64,000 nt of DNA. It comes from an uncultured Acidimicrobiia bacterium. GTDB taxonomy: Bacteria; Actinomycetota; Acidimicrobiia; Acidimicrobiales; AC-14. The notes beneath the pieces were generated by a model. The model worked only from the letters and a program-made list of their open reading frames with translations, ran no database searches and was not told the origin of the DNA. Location: assembly GCA_963836205.1 (NCBI GenBank), contig CAWIIV010000023.1:103385-167384 (forward strand). The letters are read 5' to 3'. The translations under genes were made by a program, and so were the position numbers. Shown in pieces: positions 8,879-18,715 of the stretch; position 1 is the first letter of the stretch, and each line of letters opens with the position of its first letter.

Positions 8879-10363
8879 ATGTCACCCGCACCCACGGGCG
8901 CACGCCGTCGCGGTCGCCGCCCGTCGCAGCCCTCCCTCCCGGCCGGCCGCCGGCCCTTCACCGAGCCGATCGCGGCCGCCCCCGCCTTCGAGGTGGTCGA
9001 CGTCCCGGTCGAGGGGACGACCTTCGCCGAGCTGGGCGTCCCCGCCCCCATCGTGGCCGCCCTCGAGCGGGCCGGCTGCCCCACGCCGTTCCCCATCCAG
9101 GCCGCCACCCTGAAGAGCTCACTGGCCGGGCGCGACGTCCTCGGCCGGGCCCGCACCGGCAGCGGCAAGACCGCCGCCTTCGCCATCCCCATCGTGGTGG
9201 CGATCGCCAAGTCCACTCGCAACCGGCGACCGAACCACCCCCGCTCGCTCGTGCTCGTCCCCACCCGGGAGCTGGCGGCCCAGGTGGCGGCCGCCATCGA
9301 CCCGTTGGCGGTGGCCATGGGCCTGCGCCGGGTGGCCGTGATCCACGGCGGGGTCAGCCAGGGCCCGCAGGTCACCGCCCTCCGCCAGGGTGTCGACGTG
9401 CTCGTCGCCTGCCCCGGGCGGCTGGAGGACCTCATCCAGCAGGGCCACTGCCGCCTCGACGAGGTGCAGGTCTGCGTCCTCGACGAGGCCGACCACCTCG
9501 CCGACCTGGGCTTTCTGCCCGCGGTCAAGCGCATCCTCGACCAGACCCCGCCCCGGGGCCAGCGCATGCTGTTCTCGGCCACCCTCGACCGGGCGGTCGA
9601 CGCGGTCGTGCGCCGTTACCTCGAGAACCCCATCACCCACTCGGTCGACAACGTCGACGCCACCCCGCCCGACCTCGAGCACCACGCCTTCACGGTGACC
9701 ATGGAGGACAAGCCCGCCGTCGTGCGGGAACTGGCCTCCGGCCGGGAGCGCAGCCTGCTCTTCACCCGCACCAAGCACGGGGCCAAGAAGCTGGCCAAGG
9801 ACCTGACCGCCCGGGGCATCCCCGCCCTCGACCTCCACGGGAACCTGTCGCAGTCCCAGCGCGATCGCAACCTGGCCTCGTTCGCCGACGGCTCCACCCG
9901 GGTCCTGGTCGCCACCGACATCGCCGCCCGCGGCATCCACGTCGACGACATCGCCCTCGTGGTCCACGTCGACCCGCCCACCGAGCACAAGGCCTACCTC
10001 CACCGCTCCGGACGCACCGCCCGGGCCGGGGCCAAGGGGACGGTCGTCACCGTGATCCTGCCCGACCAGGTCCGCGACGTGGCCTCCATGATCCGCCAGG
10101 CCGGCATCCGCCCCGCCGCCGCCCGCGTCGGCCCCGGCGCCCGGGAGACGCGGGCCCTCGCCGGCCCCGCGGCGGAGCCCGTCTTCCGGCCCCAGGCGGA
10201 GGCGCCCGTCACGGCCCGGCCCGGCCCCACCCGCGGCCGCCCGTCGGCCGGTCGCGGTGGCAGTGGCAGCGGCCGCCCGTCGTTCCCGGCCGGAGGCTCC
10301 GGCCGTCGTACGCCGTGGCCCGCATCGAGCGCCGCCGGCGGCCCCCGGAGACGTCCTCGCTGA
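8879..10363 (+). CDS. DEAD/DEAH-box RNA helicase
   Basis: PFPIQ, RTGSGKT, PTRELA, DEAD, FSAT, ARGIHV, HRSGRTAR. Confidence 0.96.
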   Translation: MSPAPTGARRRGRRPSQPSLPAGRRPFTEPIAAAPAFEVVDVPVEGTTFAELGVPAPIVAALERAGCPTPFPIQAATLKSSLAGRDVLGRARTGSGKTAAFAIPIVVAIAKSTRNRRPNHPRSLVLVPTRELAAQVAAAIDPLAVAMGLRRVAVIHGGVSQGPQVTALRQGVDVLVACPGRLEDLIQQGHCRLDEVQVCVLDEADHLADLGFLPAVKRILDQTPPRGQRMLFSATLDRAVDAVVRRYLENPITHSVDNVDATPPDLEHHAFTVTMEDKPAVVRELASGRERSLLFTRTKHGAKKLAKDLTARGIPALDLHGNLSQSQRDRNLASFADGSTRVLVATDIAARGIHVDDIALVVHVDPPTEHKAYLHRSGRTARAGAKGTVVTVILPDQVRDVASMIRQAGIRPAAARVGPGARETRALAGPAAEPVFRPQAEAPVTARPGPTRGRPSAGRGGSGSGRPSFPAGGSGRRTPWPASSAAGGPRRRPR

Positions 10364-10413
10364 CGGTTCGCTGACCGCTCAAGGTTGGCGGCCGTTCGGT
10401 CGATGGCGCCGAC

Positions 10414-12013
10414 ATGCGCCGACGCCACGTCTCGACAGCCGTCGCCACGCTGGTCGTGGCCGGCACCCTCCTCCAGGCCGCCCCGAGCCCGGCCACGCCC
10501 TTCCCCGGGGCTCCCGCCTGCCCGACGTTCCCGGCGGACTCGTTCTGGCACGCCGACGTGTCGAGCCTGCCCGTCCACCCGCAGTCGTCGACGTGGGTGG
10601 CCAGCGTCGGCACCACCGCCAAGCTCAAGGCCGACTTCGGGAGCGGCACGTGGGACGGCGGTCCCATCGGAATCCCGTTCACCACCGTCGCCGGGACCCA
10701 GCCCCGGGTGCCGGTGAGCTTCGACTACGCCGACGAGAGCGACCCGGGGCCGTACCCGGTGCCCGCCAACGCCCCCATCGAAGGCGGGCCGGCGTCGAGC
10801 GGCGACCGCCACGTGCTGGTCGTCGACCGCGATGCCTGTCGCCTGTGGGAGTTGTACAGCGCGTACCCCCAGTACGGCGGCACGTCGTGGACCGCCGGCT
10901 CCGGCGCCACCTGGGACCTGCGGTCGAACGCCATGCGTCCCCTCGGTTGGACGTCGGGCGACGCCGCCGGGCTGCCCATCCTCCCCGGCCTGGTGCGGCG
11001 GGACGAGGTCGTGGCCGGCTCCATCGACCACGCCATCCGCGTCACCGCCCCCCGGACGGCCAACGCCTACGTGTGGCCGGCCAGCCACAAGGCCGCCACC
11101 GGCGGTGCCTCCGACCCGCCCATGGGCTCCTGGTTCCGCCTGAAGGCCAGCTTCGACATCTCCGGCTACTCGGCCGAGAACCAGGTCGTGCTGCGGGCCC
11201 TCAAGAAGCACGGCATGGTGCTGGCCGACAACGGCTCGTCGTGGTTCATGAGCGGCGCCCCCGACCCGGCCTGGAACAACGACGACCTGCAACTGCTCCG
11301 CACCGTCGCCGGCTCCGCCTTCGAGGCGGTCGACGTGTCGTCGCTCAAGGTGTCGTCCACCTCCTACGCCACCGCCGGCGGACCGACGACCACGACCACC
11401 GTTCCTCCCGCGACCACCACGACCACCCGGCCACCGCCGACCACGACGACAACCACCACCGTCCCCGCGACGACGACGACCACCCGGCCGCCGACCACCA
11501 CCACGACCACCCGGCCGCCCACCACGACCACCACCAGGCCGCCGACGACCACGACCATCCCCACCGCCAACCTGGTCGCCAACCCGGGCTTCGAGTCCGG
11601 CCTGTCCGGGTGGAACACCGGCGACAGCCGCACCAGCCTGGCCCGCACGTGCACCGTCGCCCACACCGGCTCGTGCTCGGCTCAGATCGGCCGCACCAGC
11701 TCCACCGGCGAGGCCGTGCTCGACGACTCCCCCAACACCGTCGCCTCGTCGACGGCCGGCGCCACCTACACCGCGTCGGCGTGGGTCAAGGTCCCCGTCG
11801 GACGGTCGGTGACGCTGCGCATCCGGGAGTACCGCGGCACCTCCGTGTCCCAGTTCCGAACCGTCGTCGCCACCGGAACCGGGGCCTGGCAGCAGCTCAC
11901 GGTCGCCTGCCGCCCCGGCCGGCGGCCGAACCTCGATGAGCGTCGACATCCTCGTGTCCCTCACCACCGGCCAGAAGGCCCAGGTCGACGACGTCAGCCT
12001 GAGGCGTACCTGA
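10414..12013 (+). CDS. Secreted protein: uncharacterised N-terminal domain, Thr/Pro linker, C-terminal carbohydrate-binding-like domain (frameshift near 11905)
   Basis: Signal peptide; T-rich linker; NLVANPGFESG...YTASAWVK; natural end VDDVSLRRT* lies in another frame (TGA 12011-12013). Confidence 0.7.
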
Positions 12014-12034
12014 GGCCCGTTGGTCACGTGGGAT

Positions 12035-12050
12035 GGGGACTTTCGGCCCT
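12035..12050. promoter_or_regulatory. DosR/DevR-like box
   Basis: GGGGACTTTCGGCCCT resembles the GGGAC-N4-GTCCC palindrome; lies upstream of the 12085 gene. Confidence 0.5.
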
Positions 12051-12084
12051 GGGGATCGACGCCGTCCCGGCTCACGATGGGGTC

Positions 12085-12330
12085 ATGGACAACAACCACC
12101 GCCTGCTCGCCTGTCTGATGGGTCCGTGCCCGGAGTGCGGGAACGGTCTGCTGGAGGCGGTGTCCGACGGCGAGCTGACCAACTTCGTCTGCCCGCAGTG
12201 CGGGTCGTGTTGGCACCCGGAGCTCGACTGGGTCCATCGCATCGACCCGTCCACCTGCGGTGGATGCAAGGCCCGTGAGCCCTGCCTCACCCCTTCCCGG
12301 CCGTACGGCCAGCCCATCCGGCACGGCTGA
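12085..12330 (+). CDS. Small Cys-rich zinc-ribbon protein
   Basis: CPECG...CPQCG...CGGC. Confidence 0.65.
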   Translation: MDNNHRLLACLMGPCPECGNGLLEAVSDGELTNFVCPQCGSCWHPELDWVHRIDPSTCGGCKAREPCLTPSRPYGQPIRHG

Positions 12331-12359
12331 GCGCGAACCCAGCCCGGAGCCGGTGAGGG

Positions 12360-12669
12360 TCAGGCGGCGTCGGAGCGATCGACCCGGATGACCTCGCCCG
12401 CACGGGGTGCGTGGACGGAAACCGCCGCCGCTCCCGGGCAAGGTCCCCAGCACCTTGACCCGGACCCGGCGCGATAGCCGGCGGTGAGCGTCGTGGGTTC
12501 CGACCCCGGCGATGACGGCGACGGCCGCCAGGGTCGCGAGCGTGAGGGTGAGGTTCGGCACCCCCAGCCCGAAGGCGGCGACGACGGCGAAGGACGAGAC
12601 CAGGCCCAGTCCGACCGCCAGGCGACCCGGCGCCGACGACCGTCCGGGTGGCGGGTTCTCAGTCGGCAT
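12360..12669 (-). CDS. Putative small membrane protein (probably frameshifted)
   Basis: Two hydrophobic segments (LAVGLGLVSSFAVVAAFGLG, LTLTLATLAAVAVIAG); C-terminus ambiguous. Confidence 0.35.
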
Positions 12670-12742
12670 GCTCGCATGCTCCGCCTCCGAGGCCCCTCGC
12701 GCCAGGACCGAAATACCCTTTCCCGCTCCGGTTCGCGAGGGA

Positions 12743-12758
12743 AGGGCCGTTGGTCCCT
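12743..12758. promoter_or_regulatory. DosR/DevR-like box upstream of the USP gene
   Basis: AGGGCCGTTGGTCCCT palindrome-like. Confidence 0.45.
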
Positions 12759-12815
12759 CATGACGACCACCATCCGGCCCTGGCGGCCGATGCCCGCGGC
12801 GACCACCTTGGAGCC

Positions 12816-13565
12816 ATGAACGGAATCGTGGTTGGTGTCGACGGATCGGAAGGCGCCGCCCAGGCGCTCCAGTGGGCCGCCCGGGAGAGCGACCTGCGCC
12901 AGTGGCCGCTGACGGCGGTGATGGCATGGGCCTGGCTCGAGCAGCACCCGGTCTTCGTCAAGGAACAGTTCGACCCCGGCTACGACGAGGACGACGCCGG
13001 CCGCGCCCTCGACGCCTACGTCGAGGCCGCCCTCGGCCCGGCCGCGGCGGCCAAGGTCGAACGGCGGGTGGCGTGCGACCTCGCCCCCCGGGCCCTGCTC
13101 GACGCCGCCCTCGACGCCAACCTGCTCGTTGGTGGGAGGCCGGGGCCTGGGAGCTCCGCGGCCTCCTCCTCGGATCGGTGACCCAGCAGTGCCTCCACCA
13201 CGCGCCCTGCCAGATCGCGGTCGTCCACCCCCGAGATGCCGGCGACACCGCCGACGACGGGCCTCACGAGACCACCGTCGAGCGCATCGTGGTCGGCATC
13301 GACGGAATCCGAGACCGCGCTCCAGGCGTTGCGGTGGGCAGTCGACGAGGCTCGTGGCCGGCAGGCCGCCCTCACCGCGGTGCACGCCTGGCAGGTGCCG
13401 TACCTCGTCGGGTTCCCGTACACCGGTGTGTCCTTCGACCTGACGGGGATCGAGGACGACGCCCACCGGACCCTCGACGCCGCCGTCAACAGTGTCGACA
13501 CGACCGGGTTGGTGGAGCCGGTGGAACGGGTCGTCGACAACGCCGGGGCCGCCTCCGATCAGTGA
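12816..13565 (+). pseudogene. Tandem-domain universal stress protein, frameshifted and 3'-truncated
   Basis: IVVGVDGSEGA..ALQWAA; LLGSVTQQCLHHAPC and second IVVGIDG domain in shifted frames; stops prematurely. Confidence 0.8.
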
Positions 13566-13848
13566 TGGTGCTGGTCACGCCCGTGACGGCGACGCTCCAC
13601 CCGCCCCGCTCGCCGGCGCCGACGTCGTCGGCCTCGAAGGGGACGACCGCGTCCCCGGTGCCGGCGTCGAGCTGCGACCCGGCGCGGACACGAAGCACGA
13701 TGCTCTCCCCGTCCACCGCGTAGGCCACGGGGAGGACGACAGGAAGGGCGGCGGCGTGGAAGCCGATCCGGCCGATCGTCGTGGTCGAGAGGAGGTGGAC
13801 GCAGTCCGCCCGGGAGAGCAGCTCCAGTCCGGACGAATCAATGCTCAT
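13486..13848 (-). pseudogene. Pyridoxamine 5'-phosphate oxidase-family protein, 3'-truncated
   Basis: LELLSRADCVHLL...GRIG...PVVLPVAY...FEADD...GWSVAVTG, then homology is lost near 13560. Confidence 0.75.
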
Positions 13849-14148
13849 GGGTGGAGGACCGGACTCATGGGTGGAGGACCGGACTCATGGGTGGAGGACC
13901 GGACTCATGGGTGGAGGACCGGACTCATGGGGTGGAGGACCGGACTCATGGGGTGGAGGACCGGACTCATGGGTGGAGTACCGGACTCATGGGTGGAGGA
14001 CCGGACTCATGGGTGGAGTACCGGACTCATGGGTGGAGTACCGGACTCATGGGTGGAGTACCGGACTCATGGGTGGAGTACCGGACTCATGAATGTCGAC
14101 CGGGCTCATGAATGTCGACCGGGCTCATGAATGTCGACCGGGCTCATG
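13844..14148. repeat. Tandem array: 12 x 20/21-bp CTCATGGGTGGAG(G/T)ACCGGA followed by 3 x 19-bp CTCATGAATGTCGACCGGG
   Basis: Read directly; no unique spacers. Confidence 0.95.
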
Positions 14149-14181
14149 TATCGAGGATCGCCGTCGGCGGACCCTGCGATC

Positions 14182-14197
14182 AGGGCCAGAGGTCCCA
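14182..14197. promoter_or_regulatory. DosR/DevR-like box between divergent PNPOx genes
   Basis: AGGGCCAGAGGTCCCA. Confidence 0.45.
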
Positions 14198-14314
14198 ACG
14201 CGGGACGGTCGTCCGGCCTTCTCCCCCGCTCGACGATGGCCGAGCCTCGACACCGGGCGATCGCCCCACCCCTCGGCGTGCGCGAACCTGGGCTCGAACC
14301 CCGAGGAGCCCCAC

Positions 14315-14734
14315 ATGAGCGACATCGACCCGTCCCCGGCGCTCGAGCCCATCCCCCGGGACGAGTGCGTCCGGCTGCTGGCGACGCAGCAGGTAGGCCG
14401 GCTGGCGGTCGTCGACGGCGATCGGCCTCTCATCTTCCCCGTCAACTTCGTCGCCGAGGGCGACCACGTCGTCATCCGCACCGCCGAGGGTTCCAAGCTC
14501 GACTTCTCCCGGCTCCGGCGGGTGGCCTTCGAGGTCGACCACATCGACGCCGAGCAGCGGACCGGATGGAGCGTCGTGGTCCAGGGCATCGGCCACGAGA
14601 TCACCACCGCCCTCGACCCGCTGTCGGAGCGACTTCGTTCGCTCGAGCTGGTGTCGTGGCTGTCCGGCGAGCGCAGCCACATCATCCGCATCGACGCCGA
14701 GCGCGTCACCGGCCGGCGCCTCTCGGCCGGCTAG
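14315..14734 (+). CDS. Pyridoxamine 5'-phosphate oxidase-family protein
   Basis: ECVRLLATQQVGRLAVV...PLIFPVNF...RTAEGSKL...AFEVD...GWSVVVQG...VTGRRL. Confidence 0.88.
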   Translation: MSDIDPSPALEPIPRDECVRLLATQQVGRLAVVDGDRPLIFPVNFVAEGDHVVIRTAEGSKLDFSRLRRVAFEVDHIDAEQRTGWSVVVQGIGHEITTALDPLSERLRSLELVSWLSGERSHIIRIDAERVTGRRLSAG

Positions 14735-14738
14735 GTCT

Positions 14739-15494
14739 TCACCGGCCGACGACCGCGAGGATCGCCACCGCCAACTCGGCGCGGCAGATGACGAGATCGG
14801 GCAACCAGGCGTTGGGCTGGTTGTAGGCCAGGGCGGAGCCGTCGAGGCGGGAGGCGTGGAGGCCCGCGGCCGCGGCCACCGCCACCGGGGCCGCCGAGTC
14901 CCACTCGTACTGGCCGCCGGCGTGGATGTAGGCGTCGACGTCGCCGGTGACCACCGCCATCGCCTTGGCCCCCGCCGACCCCATCGGAACCACCTCCGCG
15001 TCGAGCGCCCGGGCGACCTCGTCGACGATCGCCGGGGCCCGGGTCCTGCTGGCCGCGATCCGCAACCGGCCCGGCCGGCGGACCGGCAGGGCGGCCGGAG
15101 GATCAGCGGAGAAGACCTTCGCCGTCGCCGGCAGGGCCACCGCGCCCGCCACCAGCCCGCCACCGGACCACAACGCCACGTGGACGGCCCAGTCGTCACG
15201 GCCGGGCTCGCCGAACTCGCGGGTGCCGTCCAGCGGGTCGACGATCCACACCCGATCGCAGTCGAGCCGGCGCCCGTCGTCGATCGCGTCCTCGACCAGC
15301 ACGGCGTCGTCTGGGCGAAGCACAGCCAGGTCACCGACGATCAGGGCCGCCGACCGGCGGTCACCCTCCTGCCGCCGGAACGCCGGCTCGGTCGCGCCCA
15401 GCTCCTCCCGCAGGACGACGAGGACTTCGCCGGCCCGCGTCGCCAGGTCGCGAGCCAGCCCGTGGTCGGACAACGTGGCTGACGATGACCGCAC
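14739..15494 (-). CDS. cysQ: 3'(2'),5'-bisphosphate nucleotidase
   Basis: RVWIVDPLDGTREF, WAVHVAL, MGSAGAK, QYEWDSAAP; start approximate. Confidence 0.88.
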   Translation of the reverse strand: MRSSSATLSDHGLARDLATRAGEVLVVLREELGATEPAFRRQEGDRRSAALIVGDLAVLRPDDAVLVEDAIDDGRRLDCDRVWIVDPLDGTREFGEPGRDDWAVHVALWSGGGLVAGAVALPATAKVFSADPPAALPVRRPGRLRIAASRTRAPAIVDEVARALDAEVVPMGSAGAKAMAVVTGDVDAYIHAGGQYEWDSAAPVAVAAAAGLHASRLDGSALAYNQPNAWLPDLVICRAELAVAILAVVGR

Positions 15495-15619
15495 CGCACC
15501 CCCGGGGGTGTAGGGCCGCGTGCCGATGGACGACGAGCCCACGCCCGCAGGCCGGGAATCGGCGAAGCGTACAAGGCCCGACACCGACAGGAGTCGAAAG
15601 GCCCCGTCCGTCGGTCGCG

Positions 15620-16375
15620 CTACGAGCGCCCGCTCTCTCCGAGCTGGTCCTGCCCTCCGAAGCCCCGACCGTCGCGGGGTCCGTCGTGACGGACTGATGC
15701 GCCCTGCATCACCGGTTCGGCCACCGGCGGATCGAGCGCGGCCCAGTCGGCATAGACCCGACCGACGACGTCGTCGTGCACCGGATGCTGTTCGACGACG
15801 CTCGAGAAGTCGCCGTGGCAGTAGAGCTCGAATCGCTCGAATCGCGGTCCGCCGGAGAGCTCCTCCGTCTGGCGCACGAAGTAGAGCACGGTGCTGCCGG
15901 CGGCGCCTTCGTGCGGATTGTGGCCGCCACCTTCGAAGATGAGGCCGGCGTCGTGCTGGAGGATCGTGATGAGACGCTCGAACGTCCGCTCGTCCGGTCG
16001 GTCGACCTCGAGGGCCAGATGGTCCTCGAAGCCGAAGGTGCGTTCCGCATCGATGATGTGCTGCTCGAGCGCAGGGGCCGTCTTCGGGAACAGGAACAGC
16101 TCGATGAGGACACCGGTCGCAGGGGTGCGGACCCGGGCCACCGAGACGTCGCACGCTTCGTGGGTCAATCGGTACCGGGCGCACAGCCGGCGACGGACGA
16201 CGACGCTCGGGATCGGCGCGACGACCGCCAGCCCCCGGTCGCTGAACTCGGCGATGGCGTCGTCGAGGCGGGTCGGGAACAGCAGGACCGCCCGGTGGGC
16301 GAACCGGCAGCTCCGGCGCAGCGACGTTCGGGCCGAAGGGCTGATCCCGGGAAGGAGATGCGCGATATCCGTCAC
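15620..16375 (-). CDS. Hypothetical protein
   Basis: Coherent ORF with IELF, EDHLAL, FEGGGHNPHE, TVLYF and RFELY segments; start uncertain. Confidence 0.65.
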   Translation of the reverse strand: MTDIAHLLPGISPSARTSLRRSCRFAHRAVLLFPTRLDDAIAEFSDRGLAVVAPIPSVVVRRRLCARYRLTHEACDVSVARVRTPATGVLIELFLFPKTAPALEQHIIDAERTFGFEDHLALEVDRPDERTFERLITILQHDAGLIFEGGGHNPHEGAAGSTVLYFVRQTEELSGGPRFERFELYCHGDFSSVVEQHPVHDDVVGRVYADWAALDPPVAEPVMQGASVRHDGPRDGRGFGGQDQLGESGRS

Positions 16376-16848
16376 CGCGGCCGCCTCGGCCCGCGCGACG
16401 GTGGCGACAAGCCGGTCGGCATCGTGGGGGTCGAGCGCGCTGAACCCGGACGCGGGAACCCTACCAAGGCTGACTGGATTCTCTACGGTGCACCTCCAGT
16501 AAAACGTCGCGCCAGGCGGCAGTGCATGAAACCCGGCTCCGCGTGTGAAATCGTAACCGCGTCCGGGCGCCTACTTGGCCTGTCTCGGACGAAAGTGTCG
16601 GATGGACGCCCGGTCGCACCCTGAGGCGTCCGGTGTACGGGCCACCAGCTGCCATGCGATTCGTCGGCAGCTGGGAGGTCGGTGCCACGGGCGATGCGCC
16701 CTCGGCCGTGGGCCCGAGCTTGCCGCCTCTCGCCGCTCACACGCGGGCCAGCCGGCACCCCTCGCCCCGCGGTTGGCATTTCGCTCATGGTACATTGACG
16801 TTCTCCAATGACACACGAGGACATGGAGAACATGGAGAACAATACACC

Positions 16849-17109
16849 ATGCCGCCACCTGTGATTCCCTTCAAAGCAGGCATCGTTCTATTGCTCGGTA
16901 TCGTTTCGGCGCCCGCCCTCAAGCCGCTGTTTGACAAGACCGTGAAATCCACGGTTCACGCGGGTATGAAGATGAAAAAGGCGGCGTCCGACGCGACATC
17001 GGGATTGAAGGTTCTTGCCGCGGAGGCGGTCCAAGAAAAGTACGCGGCCGACGCCGAGGCTGATTCTGACGACGCGGAGTCTGATGTAATAGTGGCCGCC
17101 CCGCTCTAG
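16849..17109 (+). CDS. DUF5132-like small membrane protein
   Basis: Hydrophobic N-terminus (LLLGIVSAPALKP), then K-x-x-V-K-x-x-V and LAAEA helix; acidic tail. Confidence 0.65.
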   Translation: MPPPVIPFKAGIVLLLGIVSAPALKPLFDKTVKSTVHAGMKMKKAASDATSGLKVLAAEAVQEKYAADAEADSDDAESDVIVAAPL

Positions 17110-17182
17110 TTGGACGTCTTTACCAAATGTGCGGGGTGGGGCATGAAGCCGTCTTCCTCAGACTGAAGGAGAGTTCGAACAG

Positions 17183-18715
17183 ATGCCAACGAAGGCTCCG
17201 GATCGTCGGATCATTCCTGGCCTAGAGGTGGTGGGGCGCGGTGTCTACTTGCGGCCGAACCAGCCCTACCAGTTGAAGAGCGTGCTCTTCAAGCGGACGG
17301 AGTACCTGCCGTACTTCTCGAAGGAGACGGCGCTCACCTATGGGGTTCCGGCTGGCTATGAAGTCAACGACAGCCCGCCGATGCCTGCCACTCAAGCCCT
17401 GAATCAGTCCATCGTCGAGGAATCATGGGACCGATTCGAGAAGCGTACGACCATGGATGCGAGTCTCGCAGTAAGCAACGCTCCCTTCAGCGTCGACGTC
17501 AACGCCAGCCAGACGGGGCAACTGCGCCAGGAGGAGGAGTCCTACTACGCGATGAGGACTTCCTTCATCCCGTTGTGGACGGTGTATCTCCCCTCCACGG
17601 TCGGCGTCTCCGACGACGACTTCGAAATCGACGTCCCAGTGCCGTTCGACTCGGCCAAACGCCGTCAGTACGCCAAGTTCTTCGATCGGTACGGCACGCA
17701 CTTCATATCGAGGGCCTGGGTCGGAGGGAAGGCAGCCCTCGCCCTCACGATCAGCAAGCAAACGCAGATGACAAAGTCCGAAATTCAGGCCGGCATCAAG
17801 GCGAGCATGGCCGGGCTCGGAAGCAGCAGCGTCAGCACCAGTGACCAGGAGAGCAAGGACAAGCTCCAGACGAACTCTCAGTGCACGGTGTTCGGCAAAG
17901 GCGGCGACGAGTTGAAGCTCGCCGCCCTCAGCACGCTCGACAACGTCCTCTACAACGAATGGCTGGCCACCGTCAAGGATAACCCCCAGGTCATCGAGCT
18001 CGAGGTGCGGGGCATCTGGACCCTCATGCACGACGACGCAAAAGCGCAGGCCCTGATGGAGGCCTACAAGGAGGAAACGGTCAGCCCGCCGCTGCGAGTG
18101 GTGTTCAACCTCGACGGCCACGTCCATTTCTTCGAGGACTCGTGCTATTACACCTACGACATCGAGAAGAGAGTCACGTCGGCACCCAACAAGATCAGGG
18201 ATCGGTGGCCCGAGCTCTTCAAGGTCGGCTTCGAGCGGGTCGATGCCGCCTTTCTGGGAAAATACCTCACGTCACCGGAAGGTGAAGATCTCAGTCGAAA
18301 GCTCTTCCTCTTCAATCGCGACAAATACATCCGATGGGATATCGACAACGACACCATCGACCCTGGGTATCCCCGCCCGATCGCCGTCGGCTGGCCAGGC
18401 GTGGATTTCGAGCGGATCGATGCCACTCTCAACCTCACCCCCGAATCGATCTACTTCTTCTGCGGCAACAAGTACATCCGTTTCAACTCGTTGAAGCACC
18501 ACGCCGACGAGGGCTATTCGGAGTTGATCAGCCGGCGCTGGACCGGGGTCACCTTCGACCGCATCGACTCGGCCATGTACTGGGGCAATGGCAAGTGCTA
18601 CTTCTTCAGTGGCAGTCAGTACATCCGCTACGACACCGTGATGTGGCGAGCTGATCCGGGATATCCGAAGGCAATCCTCGGACACTATGTCGAGGATTGG
18701 AAGTTCTTCGAATGA
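17183..18715 (+). CDS. MAC/perforin (MACPF) domain protein with C-terminal hemopexin repeats
   Basis: MACPF signature FFDRYGTHFISRAWVGG; repeats xDAA..YFF.G..YIR.D...DPGYP; RBS AAGGAG. Confidence 0.9.
   Translation: MPTKAPDRRIIPGLEVVGRGVYLRPNQPYQLKSVLFKRTEYLPYFSKETALTYGVPAGYEVNDSPPMPATQALNQSIVEESWDRFEKRTTMDASLAVSNAPFSVDVNASQTGQLRQEEESYYAMRTSFIPLWTVYLPSTVGVSDDDFEIDVPVPFDSAKRRQYAKFFDRYGTHFISRAWVGGKAALALTISKQTQMTKSEIQAGIKASMAGLGSSSVSTSDQESKDKLQTNSQCTVFGKGGDELKLAALSTLDNVLYNEWLATVKDNPQVIELEVRGIWTLMHDDAKAQALMEAYKEETVSPPLRVVFNLDGHVHFFEDSCYYTYDIEKRVTSAPNKIRDRWPELFKVGFERVDAAFLGKYLTSPEGEDLSRKLFLFNRDKYIRWDIDNDTIDPGYPRPIAVGWPGVDFERIDATLNLTPESIYFFCGNKYIRFNSLKHHADEGYSELISRRWTGVTFDRIDSAMYWGNGKCYFFSGSQYIRYDTVMWRADPGYPKAILGHYVEDWKFFE

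Noticed and set aside
11385-11560. ACCACG-rich repeats
   Set aside because: Encode a Thr/Pro linker within a CDS
10414-12330. Apparent 638-aa fusion of the secreted protein with a zinc-ribbon domain
   Set aside because: Caused by a frameshift near 11905; the CBM-like domain ends at TGA 12013 in another frame and the Cys-rich gene has its own ATG at 12085
13844-14148. Possible CRISPR array
   Set aside because: Units are contiguous with no unique spacers, and no cas genes are in the window
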